A stretch of 58,836 nt of DNA, filler included, from Dirinaria sp. TL-2023a (Eukaryota): NCBI GenBank assembly GCA_051941275.1. It is 3 parts of 3 records of this genome, joined end to end, with 100 filler letters (N's around TTAATTAATTAA, not from the genome) between each part and the next. Parts side by side here need not be neighbours in the genome. Positions count along the whole stretch, not along the records: positions 19,665 to 39,208 come from JAVEBF010000326.1; positions 39,309 to 58,836 come from JAVEBF010000327.1; 1 more part is not named here. The stretch is one strand, 5' to 3'. Position numbers and translations under genes: made by a program. The notes under the pieces are model-generated. The model searched no databases. It was not told the origin of the DNA and saw nothing but the letters and a program-made list of their open reading frames with translations. Numbering within the stretch: position 1 is the stretch's first letter; the number at the start of each line of letters is the position of its first letter. Below are positions 38,600-50,194 of this stretch, one piece after another.

Positions 38600-39208
38600 T
38601 GTCGATGCTGTGCATTCAACGGTCAGCAGACGCGCAAATCGCTATTCAGCGACACGTCAAAGTAATGTGCTTGACAACGGACTCGGTATGTGCCGTAAGG
38701 TGGGGGGGCCTGCTGAGCTCGTACGCGTTGGCGCGCATCATCAACAATGCGACCGAACAGCAAGTGGGAATAATCCGGAGCAGCATCGCTTTGATGGGCT
38801 CTGCTGCCCCAGAATGACAAGAGTTGGCAATGGGGGGGCAGCAATGCTTGCTGGTGTTGTTCTCAGGCCATGCTGTAGCCCAGCAGGCACGAGGAGCAGC
38901 GAGCCAGGCTGGAAGGAAAACAAAGCCAGCAACAGTGTAACGAGAGCAGAAGACGCGGGAAACGCGTGTGCAGCGAATCTGGGTGCGATGTTGTTTGGTG
39001 GTGGTGATTGTTAATGCTGAAACTTACTCGGTGATCGGGTGGTTCTGAGTATTAGGAGTACGCAGCAGTACGGTGTATAGAGGGAGTCTTTTGCGGGCGA
39101 CTGGATTTGGGCGGGAGATTTTGGGTGAGAGGAGGGAACTGAGCAAAAGGGAAGGCTGGGTCTCCCCATACATTATGTACCGCAACGCGGGGCAGCCCGT
39201 GCTAAGGC

Positions 39209-39308
39209 NNNNNNNNNNNNNNNNNNNNNNNNNNNNNNNNNNNNNNNNNNNNTTAATTAATTAANNNNNNNNNNNNNNNNNNNNNNNNNNNNNNNNNNNN
39301 NNNNNNNN
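39209..39308. other. Assembly gap with artificial linker
   Basis: Same N44-TTAATTAATTAA-N44 spacer as at 19565. Confidence 0.97.
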
Positions 39309-41454
39309 GTATGAGCACTAAATGTCAGATCTCGAGGACGAGCGAACAGAGGCGATCATAAAGAAAACTGCGCGAGGGGAAGCAAATCTCTGTTCCAGGT
39401 CCATTTATTCAATCATGTCTTCCAATTTCTTGTCCTTTTTTCAATTATAATAGATATCTTTCCTCTTGCATCGAGAACATATTATCACAGATTACTTTTA
39501 CTTACAGCATCTCTAAAAGGGAAAAAAAAGAGTTATTGACTTTGTTCATGACTCATCAAGTCATTACTGTAAAGAGTCGAGTGATACCGGCTACTGCTAG
39601 AAAATGGGATAGAATGACGAAAACGAAACCCTTTCCGGAGATGGTTCTTGAGTGTGCTGTTAGCTCTGGTGTTTTTTAGTCGAAGACGGCTCGTTGATTG
39701 GGAATTCCACCAACATCTTGGAGGTGAGGCGGGTATGGAGAGTAAATTATCAAAGAAAAGGGCAGCGCTGCACCGAGAAGCTGCAGAGAAGGGAAATTTA
39801 GGCAAGCGAGATTGGAGTTTCTCTTACTGGTTACACAGTACCTTCTGTTAGGCTGGCATGCGGTGCTGGTCACGGCTTCTAACAGGAACGGTCGGCAGAA
39901 GATCTTCGAACGAATTTTTTGTGCATTGGTTACTTTTCTGCCGTACCCTTCCTTCTTAGGCTTTTACCAATGTTTCTATCATCACGGAGACATGATATTG
40001 GATTTTTGCAGATTCCAGAATCTCTTCAGGCTCGAAACGTTGGAACTTTGGAACCAAATGCCCATGAAGACTAGGCATACAATCACGTATCCCTATAGTT
40101 AAGTCTCCATTGCTAGTTCACTGACAACGGAACATGGAAAGAGTGCCGGGTCATATGCAGAAAACTTGGCTGTAAAGGATGGGTACGCCATTCGAGCTTA
40201 TGACTACAATAATGTGACAATGACTGATTTAGTAGTACACTGGACCCTCGGTAGTCTAGAGCATAAGAACTTCCGTATCAGAGACTATCGCTGTTAATTT
40301 CCGAATCAATTGAAGCGGTAGCACTATTGGCAGACTTTACCTGATATAACTACTCATCCGACTAAGTACCTATGCTGAAAAAGCTTCCGAGTCTTCTGAA
40401 AAACAAAAAAGCCATGCCAATATCCCGCAACCCTAAGGTAAAGAAAACGCAGTCCATTAGCCTAGCCCTAATCAAAATCACGTGATCATATCAAGATCCA
40501 CCACCAAAACCCAGATTGGGAAGACGCGGGTTCGAATCAGCTTGATGTCAACATGTAATCCATTTTTCCCATACGCATATTGTCTAGATGTTAGGTATTA
40601 AAATAGAAAATGGCAAAAGCTCAGGGCCGCCTTTATTTCAGGCAGCGCTCCTTACCAAATCCCTCCTGGTTTTCCCCTGTACTATAAGGGCATAGACCAG
40701 ATTTCGGCTTCATTGGGATTTTTGGGTGGGCGCAATGTTTACCACTGCGCCATTAACCCGCTGAGATTTTGGTGGCGCAATTAATAATATATTTTTTCCA
40801 CAACCACATCTTATTTTCAATTAAATCTCAATTAAATCGTACATGACATTTGTAAGTGATAAAACTAGATTCTATTACTATGTTTCTGCAAGACATTTCG
40901 GGCTCGTTGCGCTTTCAGTGTTCAGCTGCAACAGATGTTATGCATCTTGTGCCCTAAAATGCCAGCCGTTGGAAGGCACATCGAACCATACTCAGAGTTA
41001 AGTGAGTAAGCCAACAATTCCATATTCTAAATCACTTAAGAGGGATAAACTTGGGCTAACATAGGTATTTGACATTTTCCCTACATGTGTGGGATTGTTC
41101 TTCAGGAAGTACTTTAGACTTCTATCACTGTCCAGTGTACAGAGTGACATTGAATTCATCAAAGAATTGAGTTCTTTGAGCGTCATGCCGACTTGCAGAT
41201 ACTTGAAAAGATCACCGCCATCCTCAGGAGACTTTGCTACTGGCTTTGATCGATGTTCACGATGCAATACAGGATCTCTACGCATATTCATTGTAGTAGC
41301 ATGGCTAGGTCATTCGTGGTTTAACATGCACCAAGAAAGAGGGCGCTTCATCAGCGTCCAAACAACTACCGCGAAAATCTCAGAGGCCAAGGATGTGGTT
41401 CTCACCAATTCTACAGGCTAGTACACCACCTCTGCCGGATCTAAGATTTTTCTG

Positions 41455-41770
41455 AGTGCTACTGCCGCCACACTACATTACTCCGCTGCCACACTATCTT
41501 CACTTTGCTGCTGTACCCTGTTGCCATTACTCTTTGTCATCTGTTCATGTCTCTCCTCTGTTATTTCTTCTTATGTATTCGAATTTAAGGAATCACCTAC
41601 TCGACGGTGACACTTTCGAGGAGAATACCTCGATCATCGCTCCATGAAACCGTCTTTGCTTGAGACTCGTACTCTATCAGAGGCAAAAAGTGATATACTC
41701 AAATTTGAGGCATCAACCAGGTGAGTACGAGGGGTGGCGAGGGTCGTGTGCCGACAGTGGGGTCCGGTAC
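41455..41770. mobile_element. Degenerate MITE-like element related to the 49464-49808 copy
   Basis: Left end CTACTGCCGCCACAC, right end GTGTGCCGACAGTGG (imperfect inverted repeat). Internal GACGGTGACACTTTCGAGGAGA resembles the reverse complement of TCTCCCTGAAAATGTCACTGTC in the other copy. Confidence 0.55.
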
Positions 41771-42495
41771 CTCTGTACAGGTTTAAGTCTTCCCTGATGG
41801 CCGTTATTTATCAATGGCTCTATGTAGACTGGCGAGTGCCCTTCTACGAGTGTTTAAGGCTTCCCTCATTTGTTGTCAAGCACCACATGATTACGATCCA
41901 TCTCAAAAATTGCGAGTTTACCCAAATACTGATTTCCATGACTCCGACATATACCTCATACAAAGCCTACTCATCCAAAGATTACCTCGGACTTTCTCTC
42001 AAGCACGCGTTTGCTATTTACACATGATCCTAGCATAAGTGGATTACACGGTTTGACACTAATACGAATACCCTGGAATTTGACGCGTTCGAAATTCAAG
42101 TCTCTATCTTGCTATCAATCAAGTTTTCTCCCCCCTGAGGCACATGTTACGCTGCTTTCCTCAAACTCTGAGAGCGTTCCCAAAACCTTCATAATTAGCT
42201 TCAGATACTGCTGACAATCTTAGTGTGACTGAGTCCTCACTATGAAGTCTCGGTAGACTGCCGTAGGATTCTGTATCTCTTTTCAATAATGACTCATTAT
42301 GCCAAACATTCATGCTCTCAAAACTACATTTTGAATGGAAACATATATTTATAAGATCAAAGACTCACCTCATCATCCATCCAAAGTAGGAAAATTGAAT
42401 CAATGCCAACAGTTCCGTCTTCGAACCACCTTTCAACTTTTGAGACTGTTTCATAGCGAATGCCAATAATCTGCTCACAAGGACTTACTTTGAAA

Positions 42496-44343
42496 TCACG
42501 TTCTGCGGCTCATACTATGTCCATACTTCCAAGATTCAACGACTGATTTTCTTTGAGGTTTGATTATAGTATAATATTCATTCCCAGACTTATAAAACCA
42601 ATTTCGCTCAGAGTTACTAGAACATAAGTACCTTCCAATCATCACAATGTAGGGCGAAAGACTAAACTGAACATTTAGAGCAGTAAGCTGAAGAACAGCC
42701 ACGCTTAGTGTGTTTTGATCTCGAAAATTCGTTTCGGTTCTTTCAAAAGAAAGCACATACACTATCTGTTCCCATAAACTCTTTTAGTGGTGGTCCTGTT
42801 TGGCTCTACGGATTTAGACCAAGTTCAGGAATAATCTCGATTTTGCTTAAGTAGTGACTAGTTTTCTGAAACGAGCGTTCACCATCTACCAAAAGATGGA
42901 CAACTGGGGAGATGTCAAATGCCACATACGAATTCCAATTCTTTACAAAAATACCGAGACTTTTCGGCTCTGAGCTAAATAAGCCCAGCGAATCTGGAAA
43001 ATGCTTTAGGGAATTGCAACTATGACCACAATAGTTAAGAATCACTCTTTAATCGACGTCTCGCTGGATTTCAAATTAATCATAATTCAACCCGATCGTC
43101 CGACAGTACCGCGTTGTCTGGTCATAGCTGGACTAGCTTTCGTTTTGCTGTAGATTCAGCGCTAGGTCTAGTCTATCTAAACCACAAAGCGGTGAAACTT
43201 GGCTTGATTTAGGCGTAATGCAAATAGCGTTCTTGAAATCGCGAACGTATATCTATCGTCGCTAGAAAATTCCAGATACAAGTATCTCAGGCGATAGCAC
43301 TCAATGTTACAAAGGCCTTCGTAGCCTCTCCAATAGGGATACTTTTCAGTGCCGACTCATTTTCCCATGCAAGAATGATCCGTGCGAAGAAGCGCGCAGC
43401 CTGATCTCCAAACTATGAGAAGAAACTGAGCATCGACCATACCGACCGCACCCATCATTGTCTTTGCCCACAAAGGCAGACAATACTCAGTAGCGGTTGC
43501 TAAAACGAGTAGGTAATGCCAACCGTCTTACAAGAATGAAAAGTCCAATTTCGCTGCTCGAATGAAAGAGGGCGGAGAGAATCAACTGTCCATATGGAGG
43601 AAGCAGAAAGAGCTCAAATCTGGATGTGGCAAGTTCTCAGGAACCTGTAACGAGTTCCATCTGAAGAGAAGAACTTCAATCTCAGAAATATGAGTGACCA
43701 TACACGCTTGTTGTACGTCGTCATCAACCTCGAACTTGACGCATTTTACATTAAGCTTGAAAGTCGCACAGTGGGAACTTCGCATTACGTTTTAAGCTGA
43801 CATGGAAAATATTCTGATCTTGATACGAGTCCCTCCTTTGCGATCACTTGAATGCAGTCCCATGATCTTCATTTTTGCGAACGCGTCGATATGACTCATT
43901 ACATTTATCACGCGATCGTGAGCCTTCATTTCTTAATTGACTTGATACATTAAATCTTTATCGTCAATCGACGCAAAATTTTGATTTCCGACGATTGGTC
44001 GCTCACCCAATGACTCGTAAAGCTTTCTTGACAAATTTCGATCATAAGGTCATGAATCTTCGATATGCTCAAAAGCGCTCTCTAACAATTAATTTTTGAC
44101 TGATGGAACGTTCACAGCTTCACGGCACATGCCCCATAGCACGGTATCAGGACCGGCGAAGCACAATGGGATCGAAAGACTCGAGAAAAATCTACGAGTT
44201 GCCACATGCACATCCACAGTACCACTCTTGTGAGCGCAGGCTTCGACAGCTTCAGTCATCAAAATGGCTATCTCAATGGCACAAGCCTCCTCAAAGCGAG
44301 CTGATGTATCTTGACAGGTCGATTTGACTTCGTCTGTCATCAC
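42496..44343 (-). pseudogene. Long decayed reading frame of unknown family
   Basis: ORF pieces 44089-44343, 43582-43785 and 42496-42762 share one frame, and 44343-43582 has only 4 internal stops in about 254 codons of AT-rich DNA. Confidence 0.5.
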
Positions 44344-44896
44344 GAAACGCTCTCAGAAGCAGAATCGCTTGGCTTTTTCCATCACGCGATTCATGTCGCA
44401 TTTTTGACTAGAACTTTATGATTTCATATAGGTATTTGCTATTTCCTCGCTAATCTATGCAAGTCTGAAACAGAGTTAGCTACATCAAAACAATTTCCTT
44501 TACTCTCGTCACTGTTCGGCGAAAATTGATGCATTTACGAGTTGTGACTAGCAAGAAACTTGCCGACAAGTTTGCTACAACGTAATGTGAGGATTGGAAC
44601 ATCTCAAAACATGGGTATTTGGAACAGGTAGAGAACTCGTATACGACGAGCATAGTCTTTCGATATATAGTACTAGGCTCGCTGAAAACATGCTTAAGTT
44701 GGCTATGATGCTAGTCAAGCGCGATGTCGTGGTACTCGTACAAAAAGACTACCGTAGTGAGGCAGTGATTTCTGAATCCTCACAAGCAGTTCTACACAGT
44801 CGTCTCGAGAATCCTTTATTATCGACAGCATAACATCTTTTGCGAACATTGCTTCAATGTTCATATCATCGTTCATGTCTCCTTCTGGCGTTTACC

Positions 44897-45864
44897 ATGA
44901 CTCTTTTAATCGAACTGCTACGTGAAAGCTCTTCTGAAGAAAAGGAAGAGAGAATGTCATGAGAAGAGATAATCGAGCATCTCCATCGAGACATTAAAGC
45001 TTGTATAAGCAAATATCAAATCCACATTTCCAAAGACGAGCGAGCCAACAATAACAAGCCTTGATCGGACCTTGAGATGCAACTTCTCTCGAAGACAAAA
45101 GAAGATGAGCAGACATGCCAAACGATCGAGAAGCAACTCGATCAATCGCAAACCAAAGCGTACGAGTGACCGACTGTAGCAAATCAACATTAATCCATCG
45201 TGAATCTGATCCACTCCCGACAACCAGACCTTCAAGTATATAAAAGCATCTGAGCCGTCGTGAAAACATACTGCTAAGCGGTTGAATCGAAATATTTTTA
45301 CGACTCGCAAATGACTCAGAAAGGTCATAACGGAGTCTCGAATCCTTTGTCGTCAAAAGACAAGCGACAGTCGCATTTTTTTGACAAACCCGGTAGATGG
45401 GCTTCAGGAATCGAGATTCTACGCGATTGGAAGTCAAGGAAGAATCTTTGGAGACGATGAAAGAGTGACTCGATCGGAATGAATTGTTCATATGAAGGAG
45501 ATTCCAACGCTCATACACAATACACTTCGAGGAGCATTCGCTTCTAGAGTTCAATAGCGAAGAAATTTCGTGGGAGCATATCGTTCCGAAATTCGATCGG
45601 AAAAGAAAATCATGTACTGGGAGGAGGTTAGAAGCTAGACAACGCTCTCAAGAGAGATGCAATGGGTAAGACTGTTTCTATTATCAACGAAAGAAATCAT
45701 CTCTCTTGATTCACGGTGAAAGATCAAACACTGTACGAGATGAAACAGAAAGAGGAGTGTTGGGCATATTGAATCTCTCAGCATTCGTGATTGATTTGAA
45801 TTGAACCTACATCATTGATGATCGAATGTTCATCGATTTCTAGAAAAAAAAAAAAAAAAAAAAA
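44897..45864 (+). pseudogene. Myb/SANT-repeat pseudogene followed by an A21 tract
   Basis: MS*EEIIEHLHRDIKACISKY...NKP*SDLEMQLLSKTKEDEQTCQTIEKQL, with TGA stops (44960, 45062) at the conserved Myb Trp positions. Poly(A) at 45844-45864. Confidence 0.55.
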
Positions 45865-46299
45865 CTCTGTTTTAGATTAACACATTCAAGGTTTACTATT
45901 AATTTCTGGCTGCCTTTTCATGACGCCAGCAAGTAACGGCGTCCGAAACGCCGTTGGCGTGGTTAGTTCCCTTGGAACAAGCAACTCTCTCCCGCAGGGT
46001 CCAAAAAGACTACAACAGAACACGAAAGGCTCAACAAGTGCAAAATCCACTTCGTTGGCATCCGAATATGCCGTCAAAATTACTCGAGAATGAAAAAAAC
46101 TTTGCCTGAGGGTCTATCGATGAGATTCAAACTAATAATGGCCAATCTAGTTATTGATCTTGCGAAGCACAGCATTCAAATCTGGAATAGCTACACGTCC
46201 TCCAATTACCCGTACACTGAGATGCTATCACAGAGAGCACACCGGTTGCGTTCCAACCAAAGCGGTACCCTACTTGCCTCCTGCTTTGTAGCTTTTCTA

Positions 46300-47062
46300 C
46301 GGACCACGGCGCAGCTATTAAAGAAAATCGCGGACGAACGGTTTTGCCAAGTGCTTGGATATCAGACCGAGACAACTTCCACCTCGGTAAAATACAATTA
46401 TCTTCGTCTCGACACAGCCAGTGACCAAAGAAAGATTAACGACAGGGCCATTGTCTGCTAGACAAGTTAGACGTCGCTGACTGTATGGGGACCTTCCTAG
46501 AGTCATACTCCCATATCGCGACCATCCCGAACATGGATAGCCACGTTCAAATGCTGCGATGCTATAGTACTGTATTCGGCCCGCAAGACCGATGGACAAA
46601 GATTCTAATTATCAAAGGAGAAAAAGACTCCACATATTGTTTTGCTTCTGGATCGCGCGGTATATACAGTAAAGCTTACGCGGAGGAGCAGGTATTACAA
46701 GCCAGTCGCTGTTCCCATTTATACAAGGTATGGAGAAGGAGTGTAATACAGTCTTCACGAAAGAGACGGCGCAAAGATAAAAAGGTCACTTCATTGCTGT
46801 TTAGAAAAAAGCAAGACTTCGTTTATTTGAAGATTGTGCCGCCGTCTCACCTGAGCTAAATTCTATAGAGAATATTTTGAGGTGGATGAAGGGGATTATT
46901 GCACAGCCAGAGTCGTTTCCAACGAAGCTTGACGATTTGAAACGCATTGTGCAGCGTTTATGAGACGAAACGGACCCCTGTATGTTCATAAAAGACATTG
47001 AAAACATGGCAGAGAAGCTTCAGAGCGTTATAAATGCTCGTGGTGTGCAGACCAAGTGTTAG
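46300..47062 (+). mobile_element. Tc1/mariner (DDE) transposase relic
   Basis: From about 46810: AVSPELNSIENILRWMK...DLKRIVQRL*DE...IENMAEKLQSVINARGVQTKC*, matching the SPDLNPIENxW...W...M..R...VI...G..T.Y C-terminus of Tc1 transposases. 5' boundary uncertain. Confidence 0.8.
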
Positions 47063-47510
47063 ATAGAAAGCAACAGCAAAAATTGTATGATCAATGCTAA
47101 GCAAAGTGGCTGTTGGTGTTTTTCAAGTTTTGTTTTGTTTTTGTTTGATATTGCCCCATTATGCATGATTTCTGCTCTATGCTCTTACTATGAAGCACAT
47201 GATGAATAATCAGCCCGGGTATTCGATCCTTTGTAACATAGCAAGAGCTTCTTCCATTAGGGCAGGCGCACGCGCTTCCGAGTCGTTATGATCTTTTCTT
47301 CTGCATCGAAGTCGATTTCTTTTGAGGAGGTTCGAAACGCACCGCTAAGGGAGGCTTCTCGCGAGTCGGTATCAAGCCGCGCTACTAGCACTGCTGCCTG
47401 CGTTAATTTCCAGATCGCTGTTCCACAACTACACAGGATCCCAATGTTCATGAATCTAATCAACGTCTGCCGCATCTGTGCCCAGCCGCGTTGGATGATC
47501 TTAGAGAACC

Positions 47511-49243
47511 CTACTCCAGCTTTCGAAACCAGATTTTCTCCTCCCCCATTGACGGCTCTAGCAAAACGCCAAGCTCGCTGACCTTGCCATTCTCACCGAT
47601 GCGGAACTCGGCTTTGTAAGTGTTGATAGAAAATGGATCGCTGTAATCGATATGTTTGAGGCCAACATCCCAGTATCCGCGAATGATGAAGAATTCGCCG
47701 CTGACATGCTCGAACTCCAGAATTGTGGACCACGTATGGCTCAGGGAGCTTTTGAGGTATTTGCTGGCTCGATTGTTGGAGACTCCCAGTATAGATTGTG
47801 TGAAGGATCCTAGTGGACTGTCAGATGATCTACTCGCAATGCCAATGGTGATGTTATGGTAGCCCGGATTCGAGTAGAGGCCTGTGTAAGCTTCCAGAGG
47901 TAGTGATAGCGGTATAATATCCGATCCATTAGGTGCAGTGGGAAAAAGATCTTTGCGCGGATGTCGTCTCTTGTCTGCTTCCTTCTGTAAGAAGTTTTCA
48001 AATACACCCGCCCTCGGAAATCTCTCCTTTTCAGGTATATCGAGGCGATCAGCAAGGAGACGGGATGCCAGAATCTGTGTGGCGAAAACACTGCCATCAG
48101 AATTGCCCATCATAGCTATACCATAACGCTTGTCAGGTAAATATCCGATGAAAGTCCCAAAGCCCGGCAGGTTGCCAAAATGAGAGATGAGAGGCTCGCC
48201 ATGAAAGTTAGCCAGGTGCCAACCCAGCCCATAGTTTTGTGTACCTGTGTAGGAAGGGTCGTCCATCATCCGGGCAAAAATTCGGGGGGTACGCAAGGCT
48301 TCGTGACCTAATTCAGATAATGGAGGAGCTTTGTCCATGTTAAATCTTAGCCATTTAGCGTAGTCTACAACAGTAGAAATAATAGCTCCAGCGCCGGAGA
48401 CTTGAGGTGAGTCCAGCCATGGCAGTTCAATGAACTCTTGGGTCACGTTGTTCCACTTGTACGGTGTCGCTAATTTGACGGCTCCGCTCCTCGCCGCTTC
48501 TTTTGCGTGCTGTAGCAAGAAGAAAGTGTGCGTCATATTCAATGGTTTCCAGATTCGCTCGGCGAAAACATTGCCAAGCCAAGAGCCAGTCAAAGTCTCT
48601 ATAACATGTGATATGGTTACATACATCATATTGCAGTACTGAAACTTAGTCCTTATCTCTTCGGTGAGAGGGAGGTGCCTTAGGTTTCTCACGACCTCTC
48701 GTACGGTAAAATTGTTGCCAAACCAATTGTCATTATGACGGGGCATGCCAGTGCGGTGAGACAGAGCATCTTCGATGGTTAGATGCGCTGTCGCATAGAC
48801 ATCTGGGATAACAAAATCGTCACGAATCAGGGACGAGATAGGTGTTTGCCAGGACAAAGGATTGCTATTGTTCCTGGTGTCATCAACCAAGAACGCGAAG
48901 GCAGCAGCAGTGAAGGCTTTAGTGGTAGACGCTGTAGCAAAGAGAGTGTCTGGTGTCACATTTTGAGCAGGAAATGAAGAGACGCCATAACCCTGAAGCT
49001 ATTAGTGAGCTTGTTACGGTAGGCGGGCGGTGAGCAGCTTACTTTACTGAAAGTGGCGTTTCCGTCTACAATTGCTATCGAGAAGCCCGGAACGTGCCAA
49101 TGCTTAAGGTTTTGGTTCACCAAGGTATCGAAGTCGGAATCGAAGGGGGATGGCGCTTCACTTTGAACGGTCTTCCGCTCTGAGGCTGAAGATAAACGTA
49201 AAACTGAGAAAAGCAGGCTTGTGACGAAAAACCCCTTAGGCAT
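47511..49243 (-). CDS. Secreted beta-lactamase/penicillin-binding-family serine hydrolase, one intron (48993-49042)
   Basis: Signal peptide, WHVPGFSIAIV, catalytic SxxK (ASTTKAF), LSHRTGMP, FQYCN (YxN), HFGNLPGF, C-terminal YTGLYSNPGY domain. Confidence 0.9.
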
Positions 49244-49463
49244 AGCTGCGAGAGCCAGACAGCAGCAATGGTTACATTAATCGATCATAAATATCAGCAT
49301 TAATAACGGAAGGAATAGACCAAAAATTCGTGTGATTGACACGGAACTGGGTCAAATCCCTCTTTTTGTGCTTCCAGCCCTGGAGAAGTCCCAATCGATG
49401 TCGTTCGGAGAAACTTTAGCCCGAATTTTCTCTTCCGGACTAGTGTGTTTCACTCGATTGATA

Positions 49464-49808
49464 CAGTATTGTAATGTCCTACTGCCGCCACACCACTCTC
49501 ATCACTCCTCACTACTTCATTTTCATGTAGCAATACTCTCCAACTCTTGCTGTTTCAGGAATAAATAGATTCGTTTCTCTCTAACGAAAAGATGAGATTT
49601 CAGCAGAAAATAAAATCCTCACCACGTATTGGTGAACTGATTCTCCCTGAAAATGTCACTGTCAAATCGATATCACATCAAGTTTCAAAAGACGCTAAAA
49701 GAGGTAGATGACTCTGCAATTTTAATTATGAAGCATTTGAGTGTGGAAGAAGGCATTATTGGAAGACGACAGTAGGTAGTGAATGAGACGGCAGTGGGAC
49801 CCGTACTG
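49464..49808. mobile_element. Non-autonomous Tc1/mariner-type MITE with TA target-site duplication
   Basis: TA|CAGTATTGTAATGTCCTACTGCCGCC ... GACGGCAGTGGGACCCGTACTG|TA: CAGTA termini and a GTCCYACTGCCGYC inverted repeat, no ORF. Confidence 0.7.
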
Positions 49809-50194
49809 TAAGGTCGATATCTCATGTACTCGTACACCAGCAGGGATCCCAACTACCCCGGCTTTACTGACAAACAGACAAGAGTCGCTGTACGAAACAT
49901 CTTGATTATTGGGTGTTATCACTGGGTCATCTACATGACTCGGCTAGTGCCTACGAATCACATCATAATACGAATGCAGGATCTGAGATCGAGTCTTATA
50001 GCCTGGCTTTTGGATTTTAATATCAGCATTAAGAGGTCTTAAGAGTTCGTGTTAATCATTCGCGCTACCCGAGAAACAAATAGACAATAAAGTCCTGCTC
50101 TTCGCCGCTTCTCATACCTATTCACAGTGACCTACGCAACCTCGACAAGTTCCAGTGTTCCACAAAGTAATTTACACTAACAAAAGAGTTCTCA

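Noticed and set aside
40450..40552. tRNA-like GGTTCGAATC motif
   Set aside because: No T-stem or acceptor-stem pairing could be built. At most a decayed B-box.
45815..45843. Hairpin plus CTAG resembling a Helitron 3' end
   Set aside because: Followed by A rather than T, weak AT-rich hairpin, no Rep/helicase relic recognised.
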